Shown: positions 10,529-20,760, numbered from the stretch's first letter. The stretch is DNA of 64,000 nt from Minisyncoccota bacterium (GCA_003487265.1 DNEP01000006.1:3276-67275); one strand, 5' to 3'. Notes: a model not told the origin generated them from the letters alone. A program made the numbers and translations.

Positions 10529-13297
10529 CTATCGAGAAACTTCAACCGCAACAAACTGATGCGTGCGCATCGTTGAAAAGAACTCCACACCGTTTGGAAT
10601 CACCGTCCCTTCTGGTGCGATTTTTTTCAGATGTGTGGAGGGTTCAATTCTGATTGAAATTGATTGCGGATACTGTGCGACCCCAGCCTGTTTCTGCATA
10701 AAAAAGGCATACGAAAACACCCCAGAAGATTGCGCGCTTGACTCCATTTCTTTTGCAGGAATGGTATACGAAAAGCTGAGTGCTTTCGTTGACTGAATTG
10801 GCACTTCAAGATACGCGCCCAACACTTTTTTTCCTTGTTCAACTGTCTCATATGTTGCGGATGCCGATAGTGGCTCACCATTTAACAAAATCGCAGAATG
10901 CGTGGCGGTTGGCGGAACATACATGCGGACATATGTTTTATATATTCCTCGAGGCCACGCCGTTGAATATGACAGGTTTTCCAGTTCGAGCGTGTGCGTG
11001 TGAACAATCTCGTTTGGATGAATGAAAATCACATGCGTCCCCGTGCGCTTGATCGATTCGTTCGCCTTGTTCACCCCAACATTTGCCTCGACCACATAGG
11101 ATGTATCAACAATACACATCTGCTCGGTAAACTGTTGTGGACAAAGCGGTGTCAGCACTCCCCCATCCCACCCAATTGATCGCAACACCTCCTGCTCAAC
11201 GGGGTTTTTTGAGTACAGATACATCTGCGACTCTTCCAAAGATAGAAGTATTTTTGAAAGAAGTTGCGACGCCTGAACGTTGTCAAGACTTTTCATTTTC
11301 TGCACAATCTGTTTCATTGTTTCAGAAAAATAGTCCTGTTTTGTCGACCCTTCAAGACGAAAGTTCACCTCTGTTCGATCAACAAGTCGTTGCATAAAAT
11401 TTTCCGCTTCCACCGTTTCGTTATTAAAACTTGGAAGAGAAACCCCCTGAACAAGATCTAGGAGTGGAAGCACCGCATGCGCGTTTATCGCAATCACCCC
11501 ATCAACAACGACACCCATCTCTTTTTCAAAAAACCACGAAATTTTTGTTGCAGAACTTGGGAAATCAGGTGACCAGTTTGCGTCGCGCAAATACCATTGA
11601 GATTCCTTTAAAAATTGTGTGAGGTCCGCTGGCGGCTCAACCTTACCTTGGAGCTGTTCATCTAAAGCATACGTGTCAAAATACTGAATATCCAACACCT
11701 TCCCCTTCTCCACCACAACCATCATCACCCCCTGAATAAAACCTCCTGTCGGCCGCAACTCCATTGGATTTTGCAACACAACAAGATATGTTCGTTTCTC
11801 ATTTTTTCCCAACATGCTTGGAAGAACAGACAGAATGTGTGATGTGGTGTATGTCATTTTTCGCAGTTTTGCTATCTCTTTTGCCAATAACGGAATTGAT
11901 CCGTGCGAGGATTGATATTGGGTGAGTTCCGACAAGAAAATGCTAGAATCTTTCGAAACGGAATCGAGCGTCGTTTGAAGTGATTGAAGCGCGTCTATAT
12001 TTTGTTGCACCCCCCCTTGTTGAACAACATTTGGAAATAAAATCGAAAGAAACAAAGATCCCGCGTCAAGAGAGGCGCTCGCCGAACCCGCATACACGCG
12101 CGCGATTTCCTCGGCAAATCGCATCGACCGAGATCGATCTTCAATCCACGCATCTTGCCCAACAAACACACTTATTCTTCTCAAATAATCCGCATACCAG
12201 CCCACCATCGAAATACTCGATTGAAGCAACGCGACATTTTGTTTTGTAACAACATAGGTTACCCCCTCCGTTGACGAGCTTTGGAGTTGTTGAATCCACC
12301 GTATTGAACGCTCAGAGACAAGATAGAACAGGAGTAAAAGACCCACATGAACAAGCAGAACACCACCCAACACACTCAAAAAAAGAGCTCGCATTTTTTC
12401 AAACGGCGTTCTTACGCGAAAACGCTTTTTCTTGGTTGAAATGATTGGAGGGGGTTCAAATGTGGATTCTTCAAGTTTTTGAACTCGAGTTGACTCTTGA
12501 AATGAGAACTGCATTCCCGAATTTGTTTGCTGACCCACCCCATCACCTTTTTGCAAAATTGACTGCAACACCGTCTTTTGTTCACTGTGAATCGAAGAGC
12601 TCTCATTTGAATCCAATAGAATGGGATGCTCTACGGGAACGTGAGAAAAGGCTGGGATGCGTGGCGGTGTTGGTGAAACTAGATACGATTTTTCTGCGTG
12701 CTTAAAAGGTGTGTGTGTAACGAGTGGATTTTCCGCCCCCCCCAACCCTTTCTTATCACCATCTTCCTCAACCAGCCCCTTTTCGCTACTATCTTCCTCG
12801 ACCACCTCATCCTCAGCAAGCGTAATGTTTTTTTTGCTCGGAGCAACAATCGAGTGTGTTGACCGAACAATCTCTTCTCCCCCTCCAACTAAAATCGTTT
12901 CTTTCTGCACTCCCCGCTCTCGGATAATAAACTCCGCACACGACTGTATTACACCAGCATCATAAACATTCCCACGCAAAATAATTGGAAAAACATTTTC
13001 AGGCTTATTCATTCCCTCTTTTGAAAAAACATAAATAATCGGGCATCCAAACTCGCGAACAACGTTTTGAATAACCCGTTCTAACACAAAATCAACACAC
13101 ACCAAGAGATATGGCGGAACTTCAATCGTTCGAATAAAGGATCCAAGGGTTTGCTCATGTAAAAATACCCCAACATATTCGCTAAACTGTTTTGTAATTT
13201 GATTTGCCAAAAGAGGTGCAACAAGATTATCTTGTTGAGAAAGAATAAGTACAGGAATTTTTTCCTGTGAGATTGTGCGAGAAATCAAGGTTTTCAT
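10529..13297 (-). CDS. DUF4012-domain membrane protein
   Basis: 922 aa. The central motif 'RTYLVVLQNPMELRPTGGFIQGV' matches the DUF4012 signature (R-x-Y-L-x-x-x-Q-N-x-x-E-L-R-P-T-GGF). One TM segment. This family is common in Gram-positive and CPR cell-envelope loci. Confidence 0.55.
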   Translation of the reverse strand: MKTLISRTISQEKIPVLILSQQDNLVAPLLANQITKQFSEYVGVFLHEQTLGSFIRTIEVPPYLLVCVDFVLERVIQNVVREFGCPIIYVFSKEGMNKPENVFPIILRGNVYDAGVIQSCAEFIIRERGVQKETILVGGGEEIVRSTHSIVAPSKKNITLAEDEVVEEDSSEKGLVEEDGDKKGLGGAENPLVTHTPFKHAEKSYLVSPTPPRIPAFSHVPVEHPILLDSNESSSIHSEQKTVLQSILQKGDGVGQQTNSGMQFSFQESTRVQKLEESTFEPPPIISTKKKRFRVRTPFEKMRALFLSVLGGVLLVHVGLLLLFYLVSERSIRWIQQLQSSSTEGVTYVVTKQNVALLQSSISMVGWYADYLRRISVFVGQDAWIEDRSRSMRFAEEIARVYAGSASASLDAGSLFLSILFPNVVQQGGVQQNIDALQSLQTTLDSVSKDSSIFLSELTQYQSSHGSIPLLAKEIAKLRKMTYTTSHILSVLPSMLGKNEKRTYLVVLQNPMELRPTGGFIQGVMMVVVEKGKVLDIQYFDTYALDEQLQGKVEPPADLTQFLKESQWYLRDANWSPDFPSSATKISWFFEKEMGVVVDGVIAINAHAVLPLLDLVQGVSLPSFNNETVEAENFMQRLVDRTEVNFRLEGSTKQDYFSETMKQIVQKMKSLDNVQASQLLSKILLSLEESQMYLYSKNPVEQEVLRSIGWDGGVLTPLCPQQFTEQMCIVDTSYVVEANVGVNKANESIKRTGTHVIFIHPNEIVHTHTLELENLSYSTAWPRGIYKTYVRMYVPPTATHSAILLNGEPLSASATYETVEQGKKVLGAYLEVPIQSTKALSFSYTIPAKEMESSAQSSGVFSYAFFMQKQAGVAQYPQSISIRIEPSTHLKKIAPEGTVIPNGVEFFSTMRTHQFVAVEVSR

Positions 13298-13442
13298 GGC
13301 AGGCAGTTCTTCCCTTGTATCGTACTCAATTCGGAAATAAATAGCAAGAAAGGATATTTATCAAAGAAACAGAAATAGCGCGATATATCGGTCAAATGCG
13401 AATTACAAATCTTTCACGTTATTTGATTGTGGCCCCCACATA

Positions 13443-13880
13443 TTATTCACGATGAGCGTCTAAAGATTGATTCACCAATCTATCTGCCTCTTTGTTCATT
13501 TCTCTCGGAACATACTGAAATGAAATAGTAATGTTCTTTTCTATTAATCGCTGACACATCTCCCACACGCGTTGCGCAAAAGAGAGAAGGTGAGGTTGAT
13601 TAATCTTGTATCGCTTATTAAGCTGTTCAACGACGAGTTGGGAATCTTCATAAAAATACACCCCTTGCTTCTCGGGAGAGTGGGGGAGTTGCTCAACCCA
13701 TTCCATTCCCGCCAACACCGCTCGGTATTCGGCAGTATTGTTCGTTTCAACCCCAATATACGACGATTGTTCAAACACCACTTCTTTTTTGTGAGGATCA
13801 CGAAACACAATCACACCAATTCCCGCATTCCCAGGGTTCCCCCGCGAACCACCATCTGTGTAAATCCAGTAGTTTGGCAT
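13443..13880 (-). CDS. rnhA: Ribonuclease HI
   Basis: 'IYTDGGSRGNPGNAGIG', 'TNNTAEYRA' and 'EMNKEADRL' cover all three catalytic-motif blocks of RNase H1. Confidence 0.85.
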   Translation of the reverse strand: MPNYWIYTDGGSRGNPGNAGIGVIVFRDPHKKEVVFEQSSYIGVETNNTAEYRAVLAGMEWVEQLPHSPEKQGVYFYEDSQLVVEQLNKRYKINQPHLLSFAQRVWEMCQRLIEKNITISFQYVPREMNKEADRLVNQSLDAHRE

Positions 13881-13883
13881 ATC

Positions 13884-14402
13884 TTACTCCGCAACTTCAC
13901 TGCGATCAGCCACCTCAATTGGCTTTTCCTCGGTGGGGGATTGCCCTGACTCCTCAAAATACCCCGCAGGAAATACCGTGAGTCGTCGAAATCGTCCCTC
14001 ACCAGAAGATTGCGTTTGCACACCTTCATTTTCCGACATGAGCATATGAACATATCGACGCTCTTCGGATGAAAGATAGGGGAGTGTCACAGGTTTTCCT
14101 GTCTCCAACACTTCATCGACAGCCTGTTTGGCAACATCTTCGGCAGTAGCAAGGCGACCTTCTTTATAGTGATTAATATCAATCGTCACTCGAGTATCTC
14201 CAAGTTGTTCGCGCATACCTAACCGCACAATTGCCTGCAAAGCTTGCAATGTTTCCCCCCGACGACCGATCAACACCCCAGACCCTTCCTCGGGAACCAT
14301 AATGTGAACAATCACACCATCCTCAACATCTTCCTGTTCAATGGTGAACTCTTCAATTCCTAAAAATCCTAACAGTTTCTCTAAAAATGAGCTTTCGATC
14401 AT
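13884..14402 (-). CDS. jag: Jag/SpoIIIJ-associated protein (KH + R3H domains)
   Basis: A KH 'GRRGETLQAL' block and an R3H 'LSSEERRYVHMLM' block are present. The gene sits immediately downstream of yidC, as in the canonical operon. I moved the start to the MIESSF codon to remove a 44-nt overlap with yidC. Confidence 0.75.
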   Translation of the reverse strand: MIESSFLEKLLGFLGIEEFTIEQEDVEDGVIVHIMVPEEGSGVLIGRRGETLQALQAIVRLGMREQLGDTRVTIDINHYKEGRLATAEDVAKQAVDEVLETGKPVTLPYLSSEERRYVHMLMSENEGVQTQSSGEGRFRRLTVFPAGYFEESGQSPTEEKPIEVADRSEVAE

Positions 14403-14412
14403 ATATTTCCTT

Positions 14413-15183
14413 TCATTTTTCAGCACGGGTGATAAACGCGCGGACTTTTCTCGCATACTCGGAAAGCGCCCCAGGTCCGCTCACATACCACTGTTGCGCA
14501 ATACTATATAGTGTTGAGACAACCCAATACCAGGCTAAACCACTTGGAAACTTCATCGCCATAATTCCCGTAATGATTGGCATCGTGAAGATCATTTGTT
14601 TTTGCATTGTTTCTGCCATTTCCAACATGTCATCTTCTTTTTTGTTTTCTTGTTTCACTTTTTTTACTTTTGACGCATTAGGAATAAGATCGTGTTTTTC
14701 GGCACCAGGCAAAATCATAACGCTTAGAATGAATTGTGATACTCCCGCAATAACCGGCAACACAAAATATTGATCTGGTTTAGAAAGGTTCATCCAAAAA
14801 AACTGCATCACCCCAACCTGATCTCCTGCTTTCAACACAATGTCTAACGCCTGATAAAGCACAATTAAAATAAAGAACTGCGCTAAATAGGGGATACACC
14901 CACTTACAGGATTGATTCCCTCTTTTTTATAGAGTTCAGCCTGCGCTTGTTGAAGTTTTGTAGGTTCTTTCGCAAATTTCTTCTTTAATTCGTCAAGTTT
15001 TGGCTTAAGAAGTTGCATTTTTTTCTGAGACTTCATCCCCTGAATTGAGAGGGGGAGAAGAAGCGATCGCATAAGAAGAGTAAAAAGAAAAATAGACACA
15101 CCAAAACTGTGCGTAAACGCATTCATTGTGAGCAACAATGAAACGAGCGGATGTACAACTGCCTCAAAAAATGAACCAAACAT
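14413..15183 (-). CDS. yidC: Membrane protein insertase YidC/Oxa1 (short Gram-positive type)
   Basis: 256 aa with 5 TM segments. 'LLPLSIQGMKSQKKMQLLKPKLDELKKKF' matches the YidC amphipathic/coiled region, and 'GLAWYWVVSTLYSIAQQ' the conserved C-terminal TM. Confidence 0.9.
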   Translation of the reverse strand: MFGSFFEAVVHPLVSLLLTMNAFTHSFGVSIFLFTLLMRSLLLPLSIQGMKSQKKMQLLKPKLDELKKKFAKEPTKLQQAQAELYKKEGINPVSGCIPYLAQFFILIVLYQALDIVLKAGDQVGVMQFFWMNLSKPDQYFVLPVIAGVSQFILSVMILPGAEKHDLIPNASKVKKVKQENKKEDDMLEMAETMQKQMIFTMPIITGIMAMKFPSGLAWYWVVSTLYSIAQQWYVSGPGALSEYARKVRAFITRAEK

Positions 15184-15186
15184 TAT

Positions 15187-15399
15187 TTACCAACATTGAA
15201 TAAGTCGTCGAATACCATAAAACAATCCCCGCATTGTACCATATTTCTGTATAGCAAAAATCGCATATTCACTACAGGTGGGTGAATGCTTACATGCGGA
15301 AGCATATCCAAAAATAGTTGAGATAAGAAAAGAAATTGGTTTATTTACACCTCGATAAACCCAAATTCCACCGATTGCAATATATTGAAAGATACTCAT
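15187..15399 (-). CDS. yidD: Membrane protein insertion efficiency factor YidD
   Basis: 'CKHSPTCSEYA' corresponds to the conserved C-x-x-x-P-(S/T)-CS-x-Y motif. I chose the start at the MSIFQY codon, giving 70 aa and a 4-nt overlap with the rnpA stop. Confidence 0.7.
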   Translation of the reverse strand: MSIFQYIAIGGIWVYRGVNKPISFLISTIFGYASACKHSPTCSEYAIFAIQKYGTMRGLFYGIRRLIQCW

Positions 15400-15722
15400 A
15401 TACTTCCTAAAAGTTTTTTCAAAACTATTTCCATATCTGCGCGTAATGCTATATCTGTTGTATTTCGCCGCACAATACACACAATCTCACCCATGAGAGA
15501 AGATTGGGTGAGTTGCGAATACGCATAGTGCATGAGCAAGCGTTTAATTCTATTTCTTCGTGTGGCTAACAAACACACCGTTTTGGGCACAATCGCAACA
15601 CATTGAAAAGGGTGGGTTGTTGGACGATAAAGAACATACAGATGTTCCCCAGACACATATTGTGGGTTGCATTGAAAAAAGGTGCTCCCGCGCAACAAAA
15701 GTTTATTTTTTTTAGGAATCAT
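15396..15722 (-). CDS. rnpA: RNase P protein component
   Basis: 108-aa basic protein. 'KKNKLLLRGS' and 'RRNRIKRLLMHYA' fit the RnpA 'RNR' motif, and the position between rpmH and yidD is canonical. Confidence 0.75.
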   Translation of the reverse strand: MIPKKNKLLLRGSTFFQCNPQYVSGEHLYVLYRPTTHPFQCVAIVPKTVCLLATRRNRIKRLLMHYAYSQLTQSSLMGEIVCIVRRNTTDIALRADMEIVLKKLLGSI

Positions 15723-15774
15723 GCGATCAGTATATCAAGATAACATGCGTACGCGAAATTGTTTGGCGGATAAC

Positions 15775-15918
15775 CTACACGGAAAGTTTTTTTCGACCCT
15801 TTGCGCGACGACGTTTAATTGTTGCGCGACCATCATGGGTATTCATTCTACGGAGAAAGCCATGCGTTCGTGCGCGCTTTCGTTTTGCTGGTTGCCATGT
15901 ACGAACTGTTTTTGCCAT
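15775..15918 (-). CDS. rpmH: 50S ribosomal protein L34
   Basis: Not in the ORF track because it is under 60 aa. The reverse complement encodes [47 protein letters not shown], a textbook L34, and it lies directly upstream of rnpA. Confidence 0.85.
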   Translation of the reverse strand: MAKTVRTWQPAKRKRARTHGFLRRMNTHDGRATIKRRRAKGRKKLSV

Positions 15919-15954
15919 AGGAATGGATTCTATCAGAGTAAATCACAGATTACA

Positions 15955-16011
15955 ATGTGGAAAACTCACCCTTGATATTCGTTTTTTTCATGCGTATGAT
16001 TGTGGAAAACT
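15955..16011. promoter_or_regulatory. DnaA-box-like motifs upstream of dnaA (rpmH-dnaA intergenic region)
   Basis: Two copies of 'tgtggaaaac', the reverse complement of TTTTCCACA (a known DnaA-box variant), plus 'aatccacaaa', sit in an AT-rich spacer. This is consistent with dnaA autoregulation or the left part of oriC. Confidence 0.5.
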
Positions 16012-16044
16012 ATCGAAGTTTCTTGAAGTAAATCCACAAATCGC

Positions 16045-17493
16045 TTGCCCACAAAAAAGGATGGAATGACTGCAGAAGATCTTTGGAAAAGAATCCGAGA
16101 CTCTCTTGAGGTGACGCTTTCACAGGGCTATTTTTCGATGTGGATTAAACCAATTCAAGCCATCTCTTTACATGAATCACCTGAAAAAACACTTCTCACC
16201 ATCTCTTCTTCAAGTTCATATCACTTAAAAATGGCCGAACAGCGTTTTTCAGCACAAATATTAGAGGCGGGAAAACAAATTCTTCCAACACTCAGCGATA
16301 TTCGATTTTCGTTTGAACATGTTGGGCAAAACAACATGCTTCAAAAAAATTTGGAAAGCGATGCTCCCACAAGAGAGCATGGTAGACCTACCGAACAATC
16401 CGCACCGCTTTTCTCCTCGACAGAGTCTTCATATTCTTCGGCGATCCGTCGCGCAGGGCTTCGAGAAGACTACATTTTTGAAACGTTTGCCGTTTCGACA
16501 AGTAACGAAATGGCACACGCCGCAGCGATCGCGGTATCTCAAAATCCAGGAAAGGCGTATAACCCCCTCTTTTTATATGGAGGGGTTGGGGTGGGGAAGA
16601 CACATCTTATGCAGGCGGTCGGCCACAATATTTTAAAAAAAGATCCTAATGCGTCAATTGCGTATATCACAGGAGAGCAGTTCACGAATGAAATCGTTGC
16701 AGGCATTCAGCAGAAAAAGATGATCCAGTTAAAATCTCGCCTACGCAACTATTCCGTTCTCCTCGTTGACGATATCCAGTTTATCGCTGGGAAAGAGGCA
16801 GTTCAGGAAGAATTTTTTCACACCTTTAACGCAATCGCACCACTTGGAGGCCAGATTATTCTCACAAGCGACCGCGCCCCGCAAGAAATCCACCCCTTAG
16901 AAGATCGACTTAAATCAAGATTTGAAGCAGGATTGATCATCGACATCCAACAACCCACATTTGAACTCCGCACCGCCATCCTTCTCATCAAGGCAAAAAA
17001 ACTTCAGCTTAATCTCCCCATGGACTGCGCACAAAAAATTGCATCGGTGATAGAAAGCACGAGAAAACTCGAAGGGGCGCTCGCCAAACTTCATTCTGAA
17101 CACATGCTTTTTAAAAAACCAATTACACTTTCTCTCATAGAAGAAATTGTGGGAACTTCCCAATCCGTTTCATACTCAAAACAAAAGGTTCACCCCCAAG
17201 ACGTCATTCGCGCTGTAGCCGAACAGTTTCATATCACCACAAAAAGTTTAAAAGGCCCTGCGCGATCAAAAGAGTTGGTGCGCGCTCGACATATTGCCAT
17301 GTTTCTCCTTCGCGAGGAAAGCGAAATAACGCTTCAAGATATTGGAGAGATGTTCAACGGAAGAGACCACACGAGCGTTATGCACGCGGTTGAAAAAGTG
17401 AAAACACAAATAACTCAAGATGAGGTAATGAAAACGCAAGTGAACGCCGCGATATCCACAATTTCATTCGCATCATCCACATTTCAAGGGTAG
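16045..17493 (+). CDS. dnaA: Chromosomal replication initiator DnaA
   Basis: The Walker A 'LFLYGGVGVGKTHLMQAVG' and the AAA+ sensor and box motifs are present. The C-terminal DnaA-box-binding domain shows 'ARHIAMFLLRE...' and 'GRDHTSVMHA'. An alternative start is possible at MTAEDLW (16066). Confidence 0.9.
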   Translation: MPTKKDGMTAEDLWKRIRDSLEVTLSQGYFSMWIKPIQAISLHESPEKTLLTISSSSSYHLKMAEQRFSAQILEAGKQILPTLSDIRFSFEHVGQNNMLQKNLESDAPTREHGRPTEQSAPLFSSTESSYSSAIRRAGLREDYIFETFAVSTSNEMAHAAAIAVSQNPGKAYNPLFLYGGVGVGKTHLMQAVGHNILKKDPNASIAYITGEQFTNEIVAGIQQKKMIQLKSRLRNYSVLLVDDIQFIAGKEAVQEEFFHTFNAIAPLGGQIILTSDRAPQEIHPLEDRLKSRFEAGLIIDIQQPTFELRTAILLIKAKKLQLNLPMDCAQKIASVIESTRKLEGALAKLHSEHMLFKKPITLSLIEEIVGTSQSVSYSKQKVHPQDVIRAVAEQFHITTKSLKGPARSKELVRARHIAMFLLREESEITLQDIGEMFNGRDHTSVMHAVEKVKTQITQDEVMKTQVNAAISTISFASSTFQG

Positions 17494-17550
17494 GTGGATT
17501 GTGCATATGTTTCTCTTTTATGGGGAAACTGTGAACAATGTCTGGTGCGC

Positions 17551-17599
17551 GTATCCACAAAAACAAAACTTATCCACACAATCCACAAACTTATCCACA
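17551..17599. promoter_or_regulatory. oriC core: cluster of four DnaA boxes between dnaA and dnaN
   Basis: DnaA-box-like sequences occur at 17551-17559 ('gtatccaca'), 17570-17578 ('ttatccaca'), 17581-17587 ('atccaca') and 17591-17599 ('ttatccaca'), all in the same orientation. A very AT-rich stretch (about 17690-17725) follows and is a candidate DNA-unwinding element. Confidence 0.7.
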
Positions 17600-17729
17600 A
17601 TATTTTTTCTGTTTCGCACACGAAAAATGTACGAACTATTCGAGGGCGTTTTCAAACCATTTCACTTTTCCACACTACTACAAATACCTACTACTTCTTT
17701 CTTTATCTATTATTAGATACAATGCCACC

Positions 17730-18824
17730 ATGAAATGCACAGTGCTTCAGGAAAATCTATATAAAGCAATTTCTGCAATATCCCATTTTGCTCCAGCAAA
17801 AGCACATATTCCGATTCTTTCGAACATTCTTCTTCAATCACAAGAAGGAAAACTATTGTGTTATGCAACGGATTTGCAAGCAGGATTGCAAGTTGAAGTT
17901 GGCGGGAAGATTGAATCAGATTTTTCGATTACTGTCCCTGCAAAAATATTTACGGAATTTATTTCTTCTATCGGCTCAGGGAAGATCATTTTAGAGATTC
18001 AGGATCAATCGCTTATTATTCAGGGTGAAGGAACGAAAACAGTGATTCAGGGGGTCTCTGCGAAGGAGTTTCCAAGCTTTCCAAAAGAGAAAAAGAAAAT
18101 CTGCACGATCGCAAAAAAAATATTTTTACCGGCTGTCCAATTTGGCGGGGCATCTTCTGGCATGGACGAGACGCGCCCTATTTTCTCATCACTTCTTTTT
18201 CGAATATCGCAGGGGGAACTTATTGCGGTGAGCACTGATGGATATAGATTGTCAGAGAAACGAATTGCTCTTTCCTATGAGGGGGAACTCGCAGATCTTC
18301 TTATTCCAGCGCGACTTGTAAAGGAGGTTGTGCGTTTGTTGGACAAAAATCTTGAAGGAAATGTTGAGCTCGCTCTTTCTGAAGACAATGTTCTCCTTTT
18401 TTCATTTGACGAATGGAAAAGTTTTGTGCGGAAAAATGAGGGGGAGTATCCTCCGTACCAGAATATTATTCCAGATCATTTCGTTTCTTTTGTCGAATGT
18501 GACGCAGATGTATTGCAAAAAAACTTGAAAACGGCGATGGTGTTTGGCAAAGAGGGTTCTGGGATTGTAAAGTTACATTTGTCGGAAAACAAGCTCCGCA
18601 TGAAAACATCAACAACAACAGGAGAGCACGTTTCCGACATTGACGTTGGTTTTTCTGGCGAAGATGTTGAGATTGCGTTAAATGGAAAATATTTAGCGGA
18701 GTTTCTTCAGCTCGCTCAGGGGAAGCAGTGTAGAATCTCCATTCTCGAACCACTTAAACCAGCAAAACTTGAAATTGTTGACGACGCATCTTTTCTGTAC
18801 GTTATTATGCCGTTTAAAGTGTAA
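17730..18824 (+). CDS. dnaN: DNA polymerase III beta sliding clamp
   Basis: A three-domain beta-clamp of ~365 aa beginning 'MKCTVLQENLYKAISAISHF'. Typical features are 'RLVKEVVRLL' and a C-terminal 'LYVIMPFK'-like end. The ORF-track start at 17538 is spurious because it reads through the DnaA boxes. Confidence 0.85.
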   Translation: MKCTVLQENLYKAISAISHFAPAKAHIPILSNILLQSQEGKLLCYATDLQAGLQVEVGGKIESDFSITVPAKIFTEFISSIGSGKIILEIQDQSLIIQGEGTKTVIQGVSAKEFPSFPKEKKKICTIAKKIFLPAVQFGGASSGMDETRPIFSSLLFRISQGELIAVSTDGYRLSEKRIALSYEGELADLLIPARLVKEVVRLLDKNLEGNVELALSEDNVLLFSFDEWKSFVRKNEGEYPPYQNIIPDHFVSFVECDADVLQKNLKTAMVFGKEGSGIVKLHLSENKLRMKTSTTTGEHVSDIDVGFSGEDVEIALNGKYLAEFLQLAQGKQCRISILEPLKPAKLEIVDDASFLYVIMPFKV

Positions 18825-18830
18825 AACTTT

Positions 18831-20720
18831 TTATATGGTGGCAGACGCCCGTTGTTCGCTCGCTCTTTTTTGTAATATTTCTTCAGGATCCGTTGTGATA
18901 AGTTGGTGCTCTTGTTCGCTCGCGATTACGCGAATGGCAACGTGACTTTGTCCAGCAAAAAAGAGTCCCTCTCCTACATCCGAGCCCATAAGAAAGCGCC
19001 TTTCCCCCTCACTGAGATAGAATACTTGTGTGAGATGGGGGATTGCCGCGCTTGACTGTTTCATGAGGAATTGGATTGATGAGTTAGTGACGATCGCTTT
19101 TCCGTATTCATTGTTCAAAAAATCCTCAACATCTTGAGTAATTGTGGTGATCCCGAGATAATATTTTCGCGCACGTTTCGCCATTGCGTGAAGGAAGGAT
19201 GCACTATCTTGATAGCGCATAAAGTACCACGCCTCATCAACGATAAGAATGCGCTTTTTTAGAGAACTACGAATACGCGTCCAGATAAAATCAAGAATAA
19301 TAAACATTGCGATAGGTCGAAGGGAATCTTCCATTTCTTTTACAGAAAACACAGTCAGTTGATTTTTAATATCAATGTTTGATGCTTGATCAAATATTCC
19401 AGCAAACGAACCCGACGTGAATTTTTCCAGTCGTACGGCGAGCGATTGCGCTTCTGGCGAACTGATCGCTTTTAATGTCTGGAAAAGATCAACCATCTGC
19501 GGTGGTGTGCGCGATTGTGTGTTTGAATCTGGGGTAATTCCCTTTTTCTGGTATGTCTCAACTAGCGCGCGGTCTAATATCGCATCTTCGGTTGGGGAAA
19601 GTTGTCCAAGCATCACGCGTAACAGCGAATGAATGGAGATGATTTTCATTCCCAACTCATTTTCACCTTCTTGCTTTGAAGAACTTAAGTCAAAAGGATT
19701 GATTTTTTTATCTGAATCGAATGAGAATTGAACGTATTCACCACCCATTGCTCCGCACAGTTTTTCGTATTCATTTTCTGGATCAAGAACGATTACTTCG
19801 GCGTCAAACATGAGCTGTCGCAAAATTTCCAGTTTAACGGCGTACGATTTTCCAGCACCAGATTTCGCAAACACAACCATGTTCGCGTTTTCCATTTGGA
19901 ACCGATCAAACACAACAAGCGAATCGTTATGTTCGTTAATTCCATATAAAATCCCTCGATCGCTGGTGAGTTCGGCGGATGCGAAGGGGAATGTTGTGGC
20001 TAGGGAAGTTGTGTCCATATTTCTCGTGATACGTAATTTATCTACTCCCATGGGCGTGGTTGTTTTAAAGCCGTCCTCGATTTGTAAGGATGCTATTTTA
20101 CTCACAATTAACAGAGAGCCGAGGAGCGAGCGAACCTTATTCGTGATTTTATTTAATGCCTCCAACGAACTGTCGCTAATGGTGATGTACAATCCAAACT
20201 GGAAAAAACGCTCCGCACCTTTTGCGAGCTGTTCTTGAATAAGTCTCGCGTCTTCGAGTTTAATTTCTGTGTTGATGTTGCTTAATTTCCCTTGTCGAAC
20301 ATCCGAAGAGATCTCCGCTTCCATTTCTGTGATTTTTCTTCGAAGATCATCCAAGATTTCTTTTACTTCAATCGGGAAAATGTGCATTGAGATATCGAGT
20401 GAGTGGGGAAAATTAATAAGTGGCGCGAGCCAGTTTGCGGGGACGGTTCTGGGGTATCCTGCAACAAACAGGGTGCGAATGTAGGTTGAGTTGATTTTTT
20501 GATAGGTAAAATCAACCTCGATTGCTTCTGGGGCAATAATATCTTGAATACTTACAAGCCCCGCCGAAAATGTGCGAATTTGATCATCGAGCGACGCTTG
20601 CACGCTTTTTCCTGCAGGCGTTGTGATGTTTGTTTGCGCTGAAGATTTCCCCTGAGATTCGTTTTGGCGAGTGTTTACATGAGGTGTTTTTTTTGTAAAA
20701 AAGGGGAGAGAGATTGCCAT
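18831..20720 (-). CDS. VirB4/TraC/TrbE-family type IV secretion ATPase (Gram-positive PrgJ/TcpF-like)
   Basis: 629 aa. The Walker A 'VVFAKSGAGKSYAVK' and Walker B region 'RILIVDEAWYFM' are present. 'LGITTITQDVEDFL' matches the conserved VirB4 C-terminal motif block. This is the AAA_10/DUF87 architecture. Confidence 0.75.
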   Translation of the reverse strand: MAISLPFFTKKTPHVNTRQNESQGKSSAQTNITTPAGKSVQASLDDQIRTFSAGLVSIQDIIAPEAIEVDFTYQKINSTYIRTLFVAGYPRTVPANWLAPLINFPHSLDISMHIFPIEVKEILDDLRRKITEMEAEISSDVRQGKLSNINTEIKLEDARLIQEQLAKGAERFFQFGLYITISDSSLEALNKITNKVRSLLGSLLIVSKIASLQIEDGFKTTTPMGVDKLRITRNMDTTSLATTFPFASAELTSDRGILYGINEHNDSLVVFDRFQMENANMVVFAKSGAGKSYAVKLEILRQLMFDAEVIVLDPENEYEKLCGAMGGEYVQFSFDSDKKINPFDLSSSKQEGENELGMKIISIHSLLRVMLGQLSPTEDAILDRALVETYQKKGITPDSNTQSRTPPQMVDLFQTLKAISSPEAQSLAVRLEKFTSGSFAGIFDQASNIDIKNQLTVFSVKEMEDSLRPIAMFIILDFIWTRIRSSLKKRILIVDEAWYFMRYQDSASFLHAMAKRARKYYLGITTITQDVEDFLNNEYGKAIVTNSSIQFLMKQSSAAIPHLTQVFYLSEGERRFLMGSDVGEGLFFAGQSHVAIRVIASEQEHQLITTDPEEILQKRASEQRASATI

Positions 20721-20760
20721 AATGTCATCTTAGCAGGTTCGTGTGATATCTCGCAATGAA

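Noticed and set aside
17538-17729. N-terminal extension of the dnaN ORF (track start at 17538)
   Set aside because: The extension translates straight through the DnaA-box cluster and the AT-rich DUE, giving 'YPHNPQTYPQYFF...'. The conserved beta-clamp N-terminus begins at the MKCTVLQ codon (17730).
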